Shown here one piece after another: positions 15,001 through 30,000 of a stretch of DNA of 64,000 nucleotides. The notes beneath the pieces are model-generated. The model saw only the letters and a program-made list of their open reading frames with translations. It was not told where the DNA came from and did no database searches. The stretch covers positions 186,124,001 through 186,188,000 of the forward strand of contig OZ024742.1 in NCBI GenBank assembly GCA_964016885.1, in the 5' to 3' direction. This stretch comes from Eledone cirrhosa. Its lineage: Eukaryota. The translations under genes and the position numbers were made by a program. How positions within the stretch are numbered: position 1 is the stretch's first letter; each line of letters begins with the position of its first letter.

Positions 15001-18000
15001 TATTATAGTACCTTTAGTAGCTTCTATGTAGAAATAGACTGGTAATTATAGAAATATTATAGTACTTTGAGTAGCTTCTATGTAGAAATAGACTTGTAAT
15101 ATATAGAGATATTATAGTACTTTGAGTAGCTTCTATGTAGAAATAGACTGGTAATAATAGAAATATTATAGTACTTTGAGTAGCTTCTATATAGAAATAG
15201 ACTGGTAATATATAGAGATATTGTAGTACTTTGAGTAGCTTCTATATAGAAATAGACTGGTAATATATAGAGATATTATAGTACTTTGAGTAGCTTCTAT
15301 ATAGAAATAGACTGGTAATATATAGAGATATTATAGTACTTTGAGTAGCTTCTATATAGAAATAGACTGGTAATATATAGAGATATTATAGTACCTTTAG
15401 TAGCTTCTATATAGAAATAGACTGGTAATATATAGAGATATTATAGTACTTTGAGTAGCTTCTATATAGAAATAGACTGGTAATATATAGAGGTATTATA
15501 GTACTTTGAGTAGCTTCTATATAGAAATAGACTGGTAATATATAGAGATATTATAGTACCTTTACTAGCTTCTATATAGAAATAGACTGGTAATATATAG
15601 AGATATTATAGTACCTTCTATGTAGAAATAGACTGGTAATAGTAGAAATATTATAGTAATTTGAGTAGCTTCTATGTAGAAATAGACTGGTAATATATAG
15701 AGATATTATAGTACTTTGAGTAGCTTCTATATAGAAATAGACTGGTAATATATAGAGATATTATAGTACTTTGAGTAGCTTCTATATAGAAATAGACTGG
15801 TAATATATAGAGATATTATAGTACCTTTAGTAGCTTCTACATAGAAATAGACTGGTAATATATAGAGATATTATAGTACCTTTAGTAGCTTCTATGTAGA
15901 AATAGACTGGTAATTATACAAATATTATAGTACTTTGAGTAGCTTCTATGTAGAAATAGACTGGTAATATATAGAGATATTTATAATACCTTTAGTAGCT
16001 TCTATGTAGAAATACACTGGTAATATATAGAGATATTATAGTACTTTGAGTAGCTTCTATATAGAGATAGACTGGTAATATATAGAGATATTATAGTACT
16101 TTGAGTAGCTTCTATATAGAAATAGACTGGTAATATATAGAGATATTATAGTACTTTGAGTAGCTTCTATAAAGAAATAGACTGCTAATATATAGAGATA
16201 TTATAGTACTTTGAGTAGCTTCTATATAGAAATAAACTGGTAATATATAGAGATATTATAGTACTTTGAGTAGCTTCTATATAGAAATAGACTGGTAATA
16301 TATAGAGATATTATAGTACCTTTAGTAGCTTCTATATAGAAATAGACTGGTAATATATAGAGATATTATAGTACCTTTAGTAGCTTCTATATAGAAATAG
16401 ACTGGTAATATATAGAGATATTATAGTACCTTTAGTAGATTCTATATAGAAATAGACTGGTAATATATAGAGATATTATAGTACTTTGAGTAGCTTCTAT
16501 ATAGAAATAGACTGGTAATATATATAGATATTATAGTACCTTTAGTAGCTTCTATATAGAAATAGACAGGTAATATATAGAGATATTATAATACTTTGAG
16601 TAGCTTCTATGTAGAAATAGACTGGTTAATATATAGAGATATTATAGTACCTTTAGTAGCTTCTATATAGAAATAGACTGGTAATATATAGAGATATTAT
16701 AGTACCTTTAGTAGCTTCTATGTAGAAATAGACTGGTAATAATAGAAATATTATAGTACTTTGAGTAGCTTCTATGTAGAAATAGACTGGTAATATATAG
16801 AGATATTATAGTACTTTGAGTAGCTTCTATATAGAAATAGACTGGTAATATATAGAGATATTATAGTACCTTTAGTAGCTTCTATATAGAAATAGACTGG
16901 TAATATATAGAGATATTATAGTACCTTTAGTAGCTTCTATGTAGAAATAGACTGGTAATAATAGAAATATTATAGTACTTTGAGTAGCTTCTATGTAGAA
17001 ATAGACTGGTAATATATAGAGATATTATAGTACCTTTAGTAGCTTCTATATAGAAATAGAATGGTAATATATAGAGATATTATAGTACCTTTAGTAGCTT
17101 CTATGTAGAAATAGACTGGTAATATATAGAGATATTATAGTACCTTTAGTAGCTTCTATATAGAAATAGACTGGTAATATATAGAGATATTATAGTACCT
17201 TTAGTAGCTTCTATGTAGAAATAGACTGGTAATAATAGAAATATTATAGTACTTTGAGTAGCTTCTATGTAGAAATAGACTGGTAATATATAGAGATATT
17301 ATAGTACTTTGAGCAGCTTCTATATAGAAATAGACTGGTAATATATAGAGATATTATAGTACTTTGAGTAGCTTCTATATAGAAATAGACTGGTAATATA
17401 TAGAGATATTATAGTACTTTGAGTAGCTTCTATATAGAAATAGACTGGTAATATATAGAGATATTATAGTACTTTGAGTAGCTTCTATATAGAAATAGAC
17501 TGGTAATATATAGAGATATTATAGTACCTTTAGTAGCTTCTATATAGAAATACAATGGTAATATATACAGATATTATAGTACTTTGAGTAGCTTCTATAT
17601 AGAAATAGACTGGTAATATATAGAGATATTATAGTACTTTGAGTAGCTTCTATATAGAAATAGACTGGTAATATATAGAGGTATTATAGTACCTTTAGTA
17701 GCTTCTATATAGAAATAGACTGGTAATATATAGAGATATTATAGTACCTTTAGTAGCTTCTATATAGAAATAGACTGGTAATATATAGAGATATTATAGT
17801 ACCTTTAGTAGCTTCTATATAGAAATAGACTGGTAATATATAGAGATATTATAGTACCTTCTATGTAGAAATAGACTGGTAATAATAGAAATATTATAGT
17901 ACTTTGAGTAGCTTCTATGTAGAAATAGACTGGTAATATATAGAGATATTATAGTACTTTGAGTAGCTTCTATATAGAAATAGACTGGTAATATATAGAG

Positions 18001-21000
18001 ATATTATAGTACTTTGAGTAGCTTCTATATAGAAATAGACTGGTAATATATAGAGATATTATAGTACCTTTAGTAGCTTCTATATAGAAATAGACTGGTA
18101 ATATATAGAGATATTATAGTACCTTTAGTAGCTTCTATGTAGAAATAGACTGGTAATTATAGAAATATTATAGTACTTTGAGTAGCTTCTATGTAGAAAT
18201 AGACTTGTAATATATAGAGATATTATAGTACTTTGAGTAGCTTCTATGTAGAAATAGACTGGTAATAATAGAAATATTATAGTACTTTGAGTAGCTTCTA
18301 TGTAGAAATAGACTGGTAATATATAGAGATATTATAGTACTTTGAGTAGCTTCTATATAGAAATAGACTGGTAATATATAGAGATATTATAGTACCTTTA
18401 GTAGCTTCTATATAGAAATAGACTGGTAATATATAGAGATATTATAGTACCTTTAGTAGCTTCTATGTAGAAATAGACTGGTAATAATAGAAATATTATA
18501 GTACTTTGAGTAGCTTCTATGTAGAAATAGACTGGTAATATATAGAGATATTATAGTACTTTGAGTAGCTTCTATATAGAAATAGACTGGTAATATATAG
18601 AGATATTATAGTACTTTGAGTAGCTTCTATATAGAAATAGACTGGTAATATATAGAGATATTATAGTACTTTGAGTAGCTTCTATATAGAAATAGACTGG
18701 TAATATATAGAGATATTATAGTACTTTGAGTAGCTTCTATATAGAAATAGACTGGTAATATATAGAGATATTATAGTACCTTTAGTAGCTTCTATATAGA
18801 AATAGACTGGTAATATATAGAGATATTATAGTACTTTGAGTAGCTTCTATATAGAAATAGACTGGTAATATATAGAGATATTATAGTACCTTTAGTAGCT
18901 TCTATATAGAAATACAATGGTAATATATAGAGATATTATAGTACTTTGAGTAGCTTCTATATAGAAATAGACTGGTAATATATAGAGATATTATAGTACC
19001 TTTAGTAGCTTCTATATAGAAATAGACTGGTAATATATAGAGATATTATAGTACCTTTAGTAGATTCTATATAGAAATAGACTGGTAATATATAGAGATA
19101 TTATAGTACTTTGAGTAGCTTCTATATAGAAATAGACTGGTAATATATATAGATATTATAGTACCTTTAGTAGCTTCTATATAGAAATAGACAGGTAATA
19201 TATAGAGATATTATAATACTTTGAGTAGCTTCTATGTAGAAATAGACTGGTTAATATATAGAGATATTATAGTACCTTTAGTAGCTTCTATATAGAAATA
19301 GACTGGTAATATATAGAGATATTATAGTACCTTTAGTAGCTTCTATGTAGAAATAGACTGGTAATAATAGAAATATTATAGTACTTTGAGTAGCTTCTAT
19401 GTAGAAATAGACTGGTAATATATAGAGATATTATAGTACTTTGAATAGCTTCTATATAGAAATAGACTGGTAATATATAGAGATATTATAGTACCTTTAG
19501 TAGCTTCTATATAGAAATAGACTGGTAATATATAGAGATATTATAGTACCTTTAGTAGCTTCTATGTAGAAATAGACTGGTAATAATAGAAATATTATAG
19601 TACTTTGAGTAGCTTCTATGTAGAAATAGACTGGTAATATATAGAGATATTATAGTACCTTTAGTAGCTTCTATATAGAAATAGAATGGTAATATATAGA
19701 GATATTATAGTACCTTTAGTAGCTTCTATGTAGAAATAGACTGGTAATATATAGAGATATTATAGTACCTTTAGTAGCTTCTATATAGAAATAGACTGGT
19801 AATATATAGAGATATTATAGTACCTTTAGTAGCTTCTATGTAGAAATAGACTGGTAATAATAGAAATATTATAGTACTTTGAGTAGCTTCTATGTAGAAA
19901 TAGACTGGTAATATATAGAGATATTATAGTACTTTGAGCAGCTTCTATATAGAAATAGACTGGTAATATATAGAGATATTATAGTACTTTGAGTAGCTTC
20001 TATATAGAAATAGACTGGTAATATATAGAGATATTATAGTACTTTGAGTAGCTTCTATATAGAAATAGACTGGTAATATATAGAGATATTATAGTACTTT
20101 GAGTAGCTTCTATATAGAAATAGACTGGTAATATATAGAGATATTATAGTACCTTTAGTAGCTTCTATATAGAAATACAATGGTAATATATAGAGATATT
20201 ATAGTACTTTGAGTAGCTTCTATATAGAAATAGACTGGTAATATATAGAGATATTATAGTACTTTGAGTAGCTTCTATATAGAAATAGACTGGTAATATA
20301 TAGAGGTATTATAGTACCTTTAGTAGCTTCTATATAGAAATAGACTGGTAATATATAGAGATATTATAGTACCTTTAGTAGCTTCTATATAGAAATAGAC
20401 TGGTAATATATAGAGATATTATAGTACCTTTAGTAGCTTCTATATAGAAATAGACTGGTAATATATAGAGATATTATAGTACCTTCTATGTAGAAATAGA
20501 CTGGTAATAATAGAAATATTATAGTACTTTGATTAGCTTCTATGTAGAAATAGACTGGTAATATATAGAGATATTATAGTACTTTGAGTAGCTTCTATAT
20601 AGAAATAGACTGGTAATATATAGAGATATTATAGTACTTTGAGTAGCTTCTATATAGAAATAGACTGGTAATATATAGAGATATTATAGTACCTTTAGTA
20701 GCTTCTATATAGAAATAGACTGGTAATATATAGAGATATTATAGTACCTTTAGTAGCTTCTATGTAGAAATAGACTGGTAATTATAGAAATATTATAGTA
20801 CTTTGAGTAGCTTCTATGTAGAAATAGACTTGTAATATATAGAGATATTATAGTACTTTGAGTAGCTTCTATGTAGAAATAGACTGGCAATAATAGAAAT
20901 ATTATAGTACTTTGAGTAGCTTCTATGTAGAAATAGACTGGTAATATATAGAGATATTATAGTACTTTGAGTAGCTTCTATATAGAAATAGACTGGTAAT

Positions 21001-24000
21001 ATATAGAGATATTATAGTACCTTTAGTAGCTTCTATATAGAAATAGACTGGTAATATATAGAGATATTATAGTACCTTTAGTAGCTTCTATGTAGAAATA
21101 GACTGGTAATAATAGAAATATTATAGTACTTTGAGTAGCTTCTATGTAGAAATAGACTGGTAATATATAGAGATATTATAGTACTTTGAGTAGCTTCTAT
21201 ATAGAAATAGACTGGTAATATATAGAGATATTATAGTACTTTGAGTAGCTTCTATATAGAAATAGACTGGTAATATATAGAGATATTATAGTACTTTGAG
21301 TAGCTTCTATATAGAAATAGACTGGTAATATATAGAGATATTATAGTACTTTGAGTAGCTTCTATATAGAAATAGACTGGTAATATATAGAGATATTATA
21401 GTACCTTTAGTAGCTTCTATATAGAAATAGACTGGTAATATATAGAGATATTATAGTACTTTGAGTAGCTTCTATATAGAAATAGACTGGTAATATATAG
21501 AGATATTATAGTACCTTTAGTAGCTTCTATATAGAAATACAATGGTAATATATAGAGATATTATAGTACTTTGAGTAGCTTCTATATAGAAATAGACTGG
21601 TAATATATAGAGATATTATAGTACCTTTAGTAGCTTCTATATAGAAATAGACTGGTAATATATAGAGATATTATAGTACCTTTAGTAGCTTCTATGTAGA
21701 AATAGACTGGTAATATATAGAGATATTATAGTACTTTGAGTAGCTTCTATATAGAAATAGACTGGTAATATATAGAGATATTATAGTACTTTGAGTAGCT
21801 TCTATATAGAAATAGACTGGTAATATATAGAGGTATTATAGTACTTTGAGTAGCTTCTATATAGAAATAGACTGGTAATATATAGAGATATTATAGTACC
21901 TTTACTAGCTTCTATATAGAAATAGACTGGTAATATATAGAGATATTATAGTACCTTCTATGTAGAAATAGACTGGTAATAGTAGAAATATTATAGTAAT
22001 TTGAGTAGCTTCTATGTAGAAATAGACTGGTAATATATAGAGATATTATAGTACTTTGAGTAGCTTCTATATAGAAATAGACTGGTAATATATAGAGATA
22101 TTATAGTACTTTGAGTAGCTTCTATATAGAAATAGACTGGTAATATATAGAGATATTATAGTACCTTTAGTAGCTTCTACATAGAAATAGACTGGTAATA
22201 TATAGAGATATTATAGTACCTTTAGTAGCTTCTATGTAGAAATAGACTGGTAATTATACAAATATTATAGTACTTTGAGTAGCTTCTATGTAGAAATAGA
22301 CTGGTAATATATAGAGATATTTATAATACCTTTAGTAGCTTCTATGTAGAAATACACTGGTAATATATAGAGATATTATAGTACTTTGAGTAGCTTCTAT
22401 ATAGAAATAAACTGGTAATATATAGAGATATTATAGTACTTTGAGTAGCTTCTATATAGAAATAGACTGGTAATATATAGAGATATTATAGTACCTTTAG
22501 TAGCTTCTATATAGAAATAGACAGGTAATATATAGAGATATTATAATACTTTGAGTAGCTTCTATGTAGAAATAGACTGGTTAATATATAGAGATATTAT
22601 AGTACCTTTAGTAGCTTCTATATAGAAATAGACTGGTAATATATAGAGATATTATAGTACCTTTAGTAGCTTCTATGTAGAAATAGACTGGTAATAATAG
22701 AAATATTATAGTACTTTGAGTAGCTTCTATGTAGAAATAGACTGGTAATATATAGAGATATTATAGTACTTTGAGTAGCTTCTATATAGAAATAGACTGG
22801 TAATATATAGAGATATTATAGTACCTTTAGTAGCTTCTATATAGAAATAGACTGGTAATATATAGAGATATTATAGTACCTTTAGTAGCTTCTATGTAGA
22901 AATAGACTGGTAATAATAGAAATATTATAGTACTTTGAGTAGCTTCTATGTAGAAATAGACTGGTAATATATAGAGATATTATAGTACCTTTAGTAGCTT
23001 CTATATAGAAATAGAATGGTAATATATAGAGATATTATAGTACCTTTAGTAGCTTCTATGTAGAAATAGACTGGTAATATATAGAGATATTATAGTACCT
23101 TTAGTAGCTTCTATATAGAAATAGACTGGTAATATATAGAGATATTATAGTACCTTTAGTAGCTTCTATGTAGAAATAGACTGGTAATAATAGAAATATT
23201 ATAGTACTTTGAGTAGCTTCTATGTAGAAATAGACTGGTAATATATAGAGATATTATAGTACTTTGAGCAGCTTCTATATAGAAATAGACTGGTAATATA
23301 TAGAGATATTATAGTACTTTGAGTAGCTTCTATATAGAAATAGACTGGTAATATATAGAGATATTATAGTACTTTGAGTAGCTTCTATATAGAAATAGAC
23401 TGGTAATATATAGAGATATTATAGTACTTTGAGTAGCTTCTATATAGAAATAGACTGGTAATATATAGAGATATTATAGTACCTTTAGTAGCTTCTATAT
23501 AGAAATAGACTGGTAATATATAGAGATATTATAGTACTTTGCGTAGCTTCTATATAGAAATAGACTGGTAATATATAGAGATATTATAGTACTTTGAGCA
23601 GCTTCTATATAGAAATAGACTGGTAATATATAGAGATATTATAGTACTTTGAGTAGCTTCTACATAGAAATAGACTGGTAATATATAGAGATATTATAGT
23701 ACCTTTAGTAGCTTCTATATAGAAATACAATGGTAATATATAGAGATATTATAGTACTTTGAGTAGCTTCTATATAGAAATAGACTGGTAATATATAGAG
23801 ATATTATACTACCTTTAGTAGCTTCTATATAGAAATACAATGGTAATATATAGAGATATTATAGTACTTTGAGTAGCTTCTATATAGAAATAGACTGGTA
23901 ATATATAGAGATATTATAGTACTTTGAGTAGCTTCTATATAGAAATAGACTGGTAATATATAGAGGTATTATAGTACCTTTAGTAGCTTCTATATAGAAA

Positions 24001-27000
24001 TAGACTGGTAATATATAGAGATATTATAGTACCTTTAGTAGCTTCTATATAGAAATAGACTGGTAATATATAGAGATATTATAGTACCTTTAGTAGCTTC
24101 TATATAGAAATAGACTGGTAATATATAGAGATGTTATAGTACCTTCTATGTAGAAATAGACTGGTAATAATAGAAATATTATAGTACTTTGAGTAGCTTC
24201 TATGTAGAAATAGACTGGTAATATATAGAGATATTATAGTACTTTGAGTAGCTTCTATATAGAAATAGACTGGTAATATATAGAGATATTATAGTACTTT
24301 GAGTAGCTTCTATATAGAAATAGACTGGTAATATATAGAGATATTATAGTACCTTTAGTAGCTTCTATATAGAAATAGACTGGTAATATATAGAGATATT
24401 ATAGTACCTTTAGTAGCTTCTATGTAGAAATAGACTGGTAATTATAGAAATATTATAGTACTTTGAGTAGCTTCTATGTAGAAATAGACTTGTAATATAT
24501 AGAGATATTATAGTACTTTGAGTAGCTTCTATGTAGAAATAGACTGGTAATAATAGAAATATTATAGTACTTTGAGTAGCTTCTATGTAGAAATAGACTG
24601 GTAATATATAGAGATATTATAGTACTTTGAGTAGCTTCTATATAGAAATAGACTGGTAATATATAGAGATATTATAGTACCTTTAGTAGCTTCTATATAG
24701 AAATAGACTGGTAATATATAGAGATATTATAGTACCTTTAGTAGCTTCTATGTAGAAATAGACTGGTAATAATAGAAATATTATAGTACTTTGAGTAGCT
24801 TCTATGTAGAAATAGACTGGTAATATATAAAGATATTATAGTACTTTGAGTAGCTTCTATATAGAAATAGACTGGTAATATATAGAGATATTATAGTACT
24901 TTGAGTAGCTTCTATATAGAAATAGACTGGTAATATATAGAGATATTATAGTACTTTGAGTAGCTTCTATATAGAAATAGACTGGTAATATATAGAGATA
25001 TTATAGTACTTTGAGTAGCTTCTATATAGAAATAGACTGGTAATATATAGAGATATTATAGTACCTTTAGTAGCTTCTATATAGAAATAGACTGGTAATA
25101 TATAGAGATATTATAGTACTTTGAGTAGCTTCTATATAGAAATAGACTGGTAATATATAGAGATATTATAGTACCTTTAGTAGCTTCTATATAGAAATAC
25201 AATGGTAATATATAGAGATATTATAGTACTTTGAGTAGCTTCTATATAGAAATAGACTGGTAATATATAGAGATATTATAGTACCTTTAGTAGCTTCTAT
25301 ATAGAAATACAATGGTAATATATAGAGATATTATAGTACTTTGAGTAGCTTCTATATAGAAATAGACTGGTAATATATAGAGATATTATAGTACCTTTAG
25401 TAGCTTCTATATAGAAATAGACTGGTAATATATAGAGATATTATAGTACCTTTAGTAGCTTCTATGTAGAAATAGACTGGTAATATATAGAGATATTATA
25501 GTACTTTGAGTAGCTTCTATATAGAAATAGACTGGTAATATATAGAGATATTATAGTACTTTGAGTAGCTTCTATATAGAAATAGACTGGTAATATATAG
25601 AGGTATTATAGTACTTTGAGTAGCTTCTATATAGAAATAGACTGGTAATATATAGAGATATTATAGTACCTTTACTAGCTTCTATATAGAAATAGACTGG
25701 TAATATATAGAGATATTATAGTACCTTCTATGTAGAAATAGACTGGTAATAGTAGAAATATTATAGTAATTTGAGTAGCTTCTATGTAGAAATAGACTGG
25801 TAATATATAGAGATATTATAGTACTTTGAGTAGCTTCTATATAGAAATAGACTGGTAATATATAGAGATATTATAGTACTTTGAGTAGCTTCTATATAGA
25901 AATAGACTGGTAATATATAGAGATATTATAGTACCTTTAGTAGCTTCTACATAGAAATAGACTGGTAATATATAGAGATATTATAGTACCTTTAGTAGCT
26001 TCTATGTAGAAATAGACTGGTAATTATACAAATATTATAGTACTTTGAGTAGCTTCTATGTAGAAATAGACTGGTAATATATAGAGATATTTATAATACC
26101 TTTAGTAGCTTCTATGTAGAAATACACTGGTAATATATAGAGATATTATAGTACTTTGAGTAGCTTCTATATAGAGATAGACTGGTAATATATAGAGATA
26201 TTATAGTACTTTGAGTAGCTTCTATATAGAAATAGACTGGTAATATATAGAGATATTATAGTACTTTGAGTAGCTTCTATAAAGAAATAGACTGGTAATA
26301 TATAGAGATATTATAGTACTTTGAGTAGCTTCTATATAGAAATAAACTGGTAATATATAGAGATATTATAGTACTTTGAGTAGCTTCTATATAGAAATAG
26401 ACTGGTAATATATAGAGATATTATAGTACCTTTAGTAGCTTCTATATAGAAATAGACAGGTAATATATAGAGATATTATAATACTTTGAGTAGCTTCTAT
26501 GTAGAAATAGACTGGTTAATATATAGAGATATTATAGTACCTTTAGTAGCTTCTATATAGAAATAGACTGGTAATATATAGAGATATTATAGTACCTTTA
26601 GTAGCTTCTATGTAGAAATAGACTGGTAATAATAGAAATATTATAGTACTTTGAGTAGCTTCTATGTAGAAATAGACTGGTAATATATAGAGATATTATA
26701 GTACTTTGAGTAGCTTCTATATAGAAATAGACTGGTAATATATAGAGATATTATAGTACCTTTAGTAGCTTCTATATAGAAATAGACTGGTAATATATAG
26801 AGATATTATAGTACCTTTAGTAGCTTCTATGTAGAAATAGACTGGTAATAATAGAAATATTATAGTACTTTGAGTAGCTTCTATGTAGAAATAGACTGGT
26901 AATATATAGAGATATTATAGTACCTTTAGTAGCTTCTATATAGAAATAGAATGGTAATATATAGAGATATTATAGTACCTTTAGTAGCTTCTATGTAGAA

Positions 27001-30000
27001 ATAGACTGGTAATATATAGAGATATTATAGTACCTTTAGTAGCTTCTATATAGAAATAGACTGGTAATATATAGAGATATTATAGTACCTTTAGTAGCTT
27101 CTATGTAGAAATAGACTGGTAATAATAGAAATATTATAGTACTTTGAGTAGCTTCTATGTAGAAATAGACTGGTAATATATAGAGATATTATAGTACTTT
27201 GAGCAGCTTCTATATAGAAATAGACTGGTAATATATAGAGATATTATAGTACTTTGAGTAGCTTCTATATAGAAATAGACTGGTAATATATAGAGATATT
27301 ATAGTACTTTGAGTAGCTTCTATATAGAAATAGACTGGTAATATATAGAGATATTATAGTACTTTGAGTAGCTTCTATATAGAAATAGACTGGTAATATA
27401 TAGAGATATTATAGTACCTTTAGTAGCTTCTATATAGAAATAGACTGGTAATATATAGAGATATTATAGTACTTTGCGTAGCTTCTATATAGAAATAGAC
27501 TGGTAATATATAGAGATATTATAGTACTTTGAGCAGCTTCTATATAGAAATAGACTGGTAATATATAGAGATATTATAGTACTTTGAGTAGCTTCTACAT
27601 AGAAATAGACTGGTAATATATAGAGATATTATAGTACCTTTAGTAGCTTCTATATAGAAATACAATGGTAATATATAGAGATATTATAGTACTTTGAGTA
27701 GCTTCTATATAGAAATAGACTGGTAATATATAGAGATATTATACTACCTTTAGTAGCTTCTATATAGAAATACAATGGTAATATATAGAGATATTATAGT
27801 ACTTTGAGTAGCTTCTATATAGAAATAGACTGGTAATATATAGAGATATTATAGTACTTTGAGTAGCTTCTATATAGAAATAGACTGGTAATATATAGAG
27901 GTATTATAGTACCTTTAGTAGCTTTTATATAGAAATAGACTGGTAATATATAGAGATATTATAGTACCTTTAGTAGCTTCTATATAGAAATAGACTGGTA
28001 ATATATAGAGATATTATAGTACCTTTAGTAGCTTCTATATAGAAATAGACTGGTAATATATAGAGATATTATAGTACCTTCTATGTAGAAATAGACTGGT
28101 AATAATAGAAATATTATAGTACTTTGAGTAGCTTCTATGTAGAAATAGACTGGTAATATATAGAGATATTATAGTACTTTGAGTAGCTTCTATATAGAAA
28201 TAGACTGGTAATATATAGAGATATTATAGTACTTTGAGTAGCTTCTATATAGAAATAGACTGGTAATATATAGAGATATTATAGTACCTTTAGTAGCTTC
28301 TATATAGAAATAGACTGGTAATATATAGAGATATTATAGTACCTTTAGTAGCTTCTATGTAGAAATAGACTGGTAATTATAGAAATATTATAGTACTTTG
28401 AGTAGCTTCTATGTAGAAATAGACTTGTAATATATAGAGATATTATAGTACTTTGAGTAGCTTCTATGTAGAAATAGACTGGTAATAATAGAAATATTAT
28501 AGTACTTTGAGTAGCTTCTATGTAGAAATAGACTGGTAATATATAGAGATATTATAGTACTTTGAGTAGCTTCTATATAGAAATAGACTGGTAATATATA
28601 GAGATATTATAGTACCTTTAGTAGCTTCTATATAGAAATAGACTGGTAATATATAGAGATATTATAGTACCTTTAGTAGCTTCTATGTAGAAATAGACTG
28701 GTAATAATAGAAATATTATAGTACTTTGAGTAGCTTCTATGTAGAAATAGACTGGTAATATATAGAGATATTATAGTACTTTGAGTAGCTTCTATATAGA
28801 AATAGACTGGTAATATATAGAGATATTATAGTACTTTGAGTAGCTTCTATATAGAAATAGACTGGTAATATATAGAGATATTATAGTACTTTGAGTAGCT
28901 TCTATATAGAAATAGACTGGTAATATATAGAGATATTATAGTACTTTGAGTAGCTTCTATATAGAAATAGACTGGTAATATATAGAGATATTATAGTACC
29001 TTTAGTAGCTTCTATATAGAAATAGACTGGTAATATATAGAGATATTATAGTACTTTGAGTAGCTTCTATATAGAAATAGACTGGTAATATATAGAGATA
29101 TTATAGTACCTTTAGTAGCTTCTATATAGAAATACAATGGTAATATATAGAGATATTATAGTACTTTGAGTAGCTTCTATATAGAAATAGACTGGTAATA
29201 TATAGAGATATTATAGTACCTTTAGTAGCTTCTATATAGAAATAGACTGGTAATATATAGAGATATTATAGTACCTTTAGTAGCTTCTATGTAGAAATAG
29301 ACTGGTAATATATAGAGATATTATAGTACTTTGAGTAGCTTCTATATAGAAATAGACTGGTAATATATAGAGATATTATAGTACTTTGAGTAGCTTCTAT
29401 ATAGAAATAGACTGGTAATATATAGAGGTATTATAGTACTTTGAGTAGCTTCTATATAGAAATAGACTGGTAATATATAGAGATATTATAGTACCTTTAC
29501 TAGCTTCTATATAGAAATAGACTGGTAATATATAGAGATATTATAGTACCTTCTATGTAGAAATAGACTGGTAATAGTAGAAATATTATAGTAATTTGAG
29601 TAGCTTCTATGTAGAAATAGACTGGTAATATATAGAGATATTATAGTACTTTGAGTAGCTTCTATATAGAAATAGACTGGTAATATATAGAGATATTATA
29701 GTACTTTGAGTAGCTTCTATATAGAAATAGACTGGTAATATATAGAGATATTATAGTACCTTTAGTAGCTTCTACATAGAAATAGACTGGTAATATATAG
29801 AGATATTATAGTACCTTTAGTAGCTTCTATGTAGAAATAGACTGGTAATTATACAAATATTATAGTACTTTGAGTAGCTTCTATGTAGAAATAGACTGGT
29901 AATATATAGAGATATTTATAATACCTTTAGTAGCTTCTATGTAGAAATACACTGGTAATATATAGAGATATTATAGTACTTTGAGTAGCTTCTATATAGA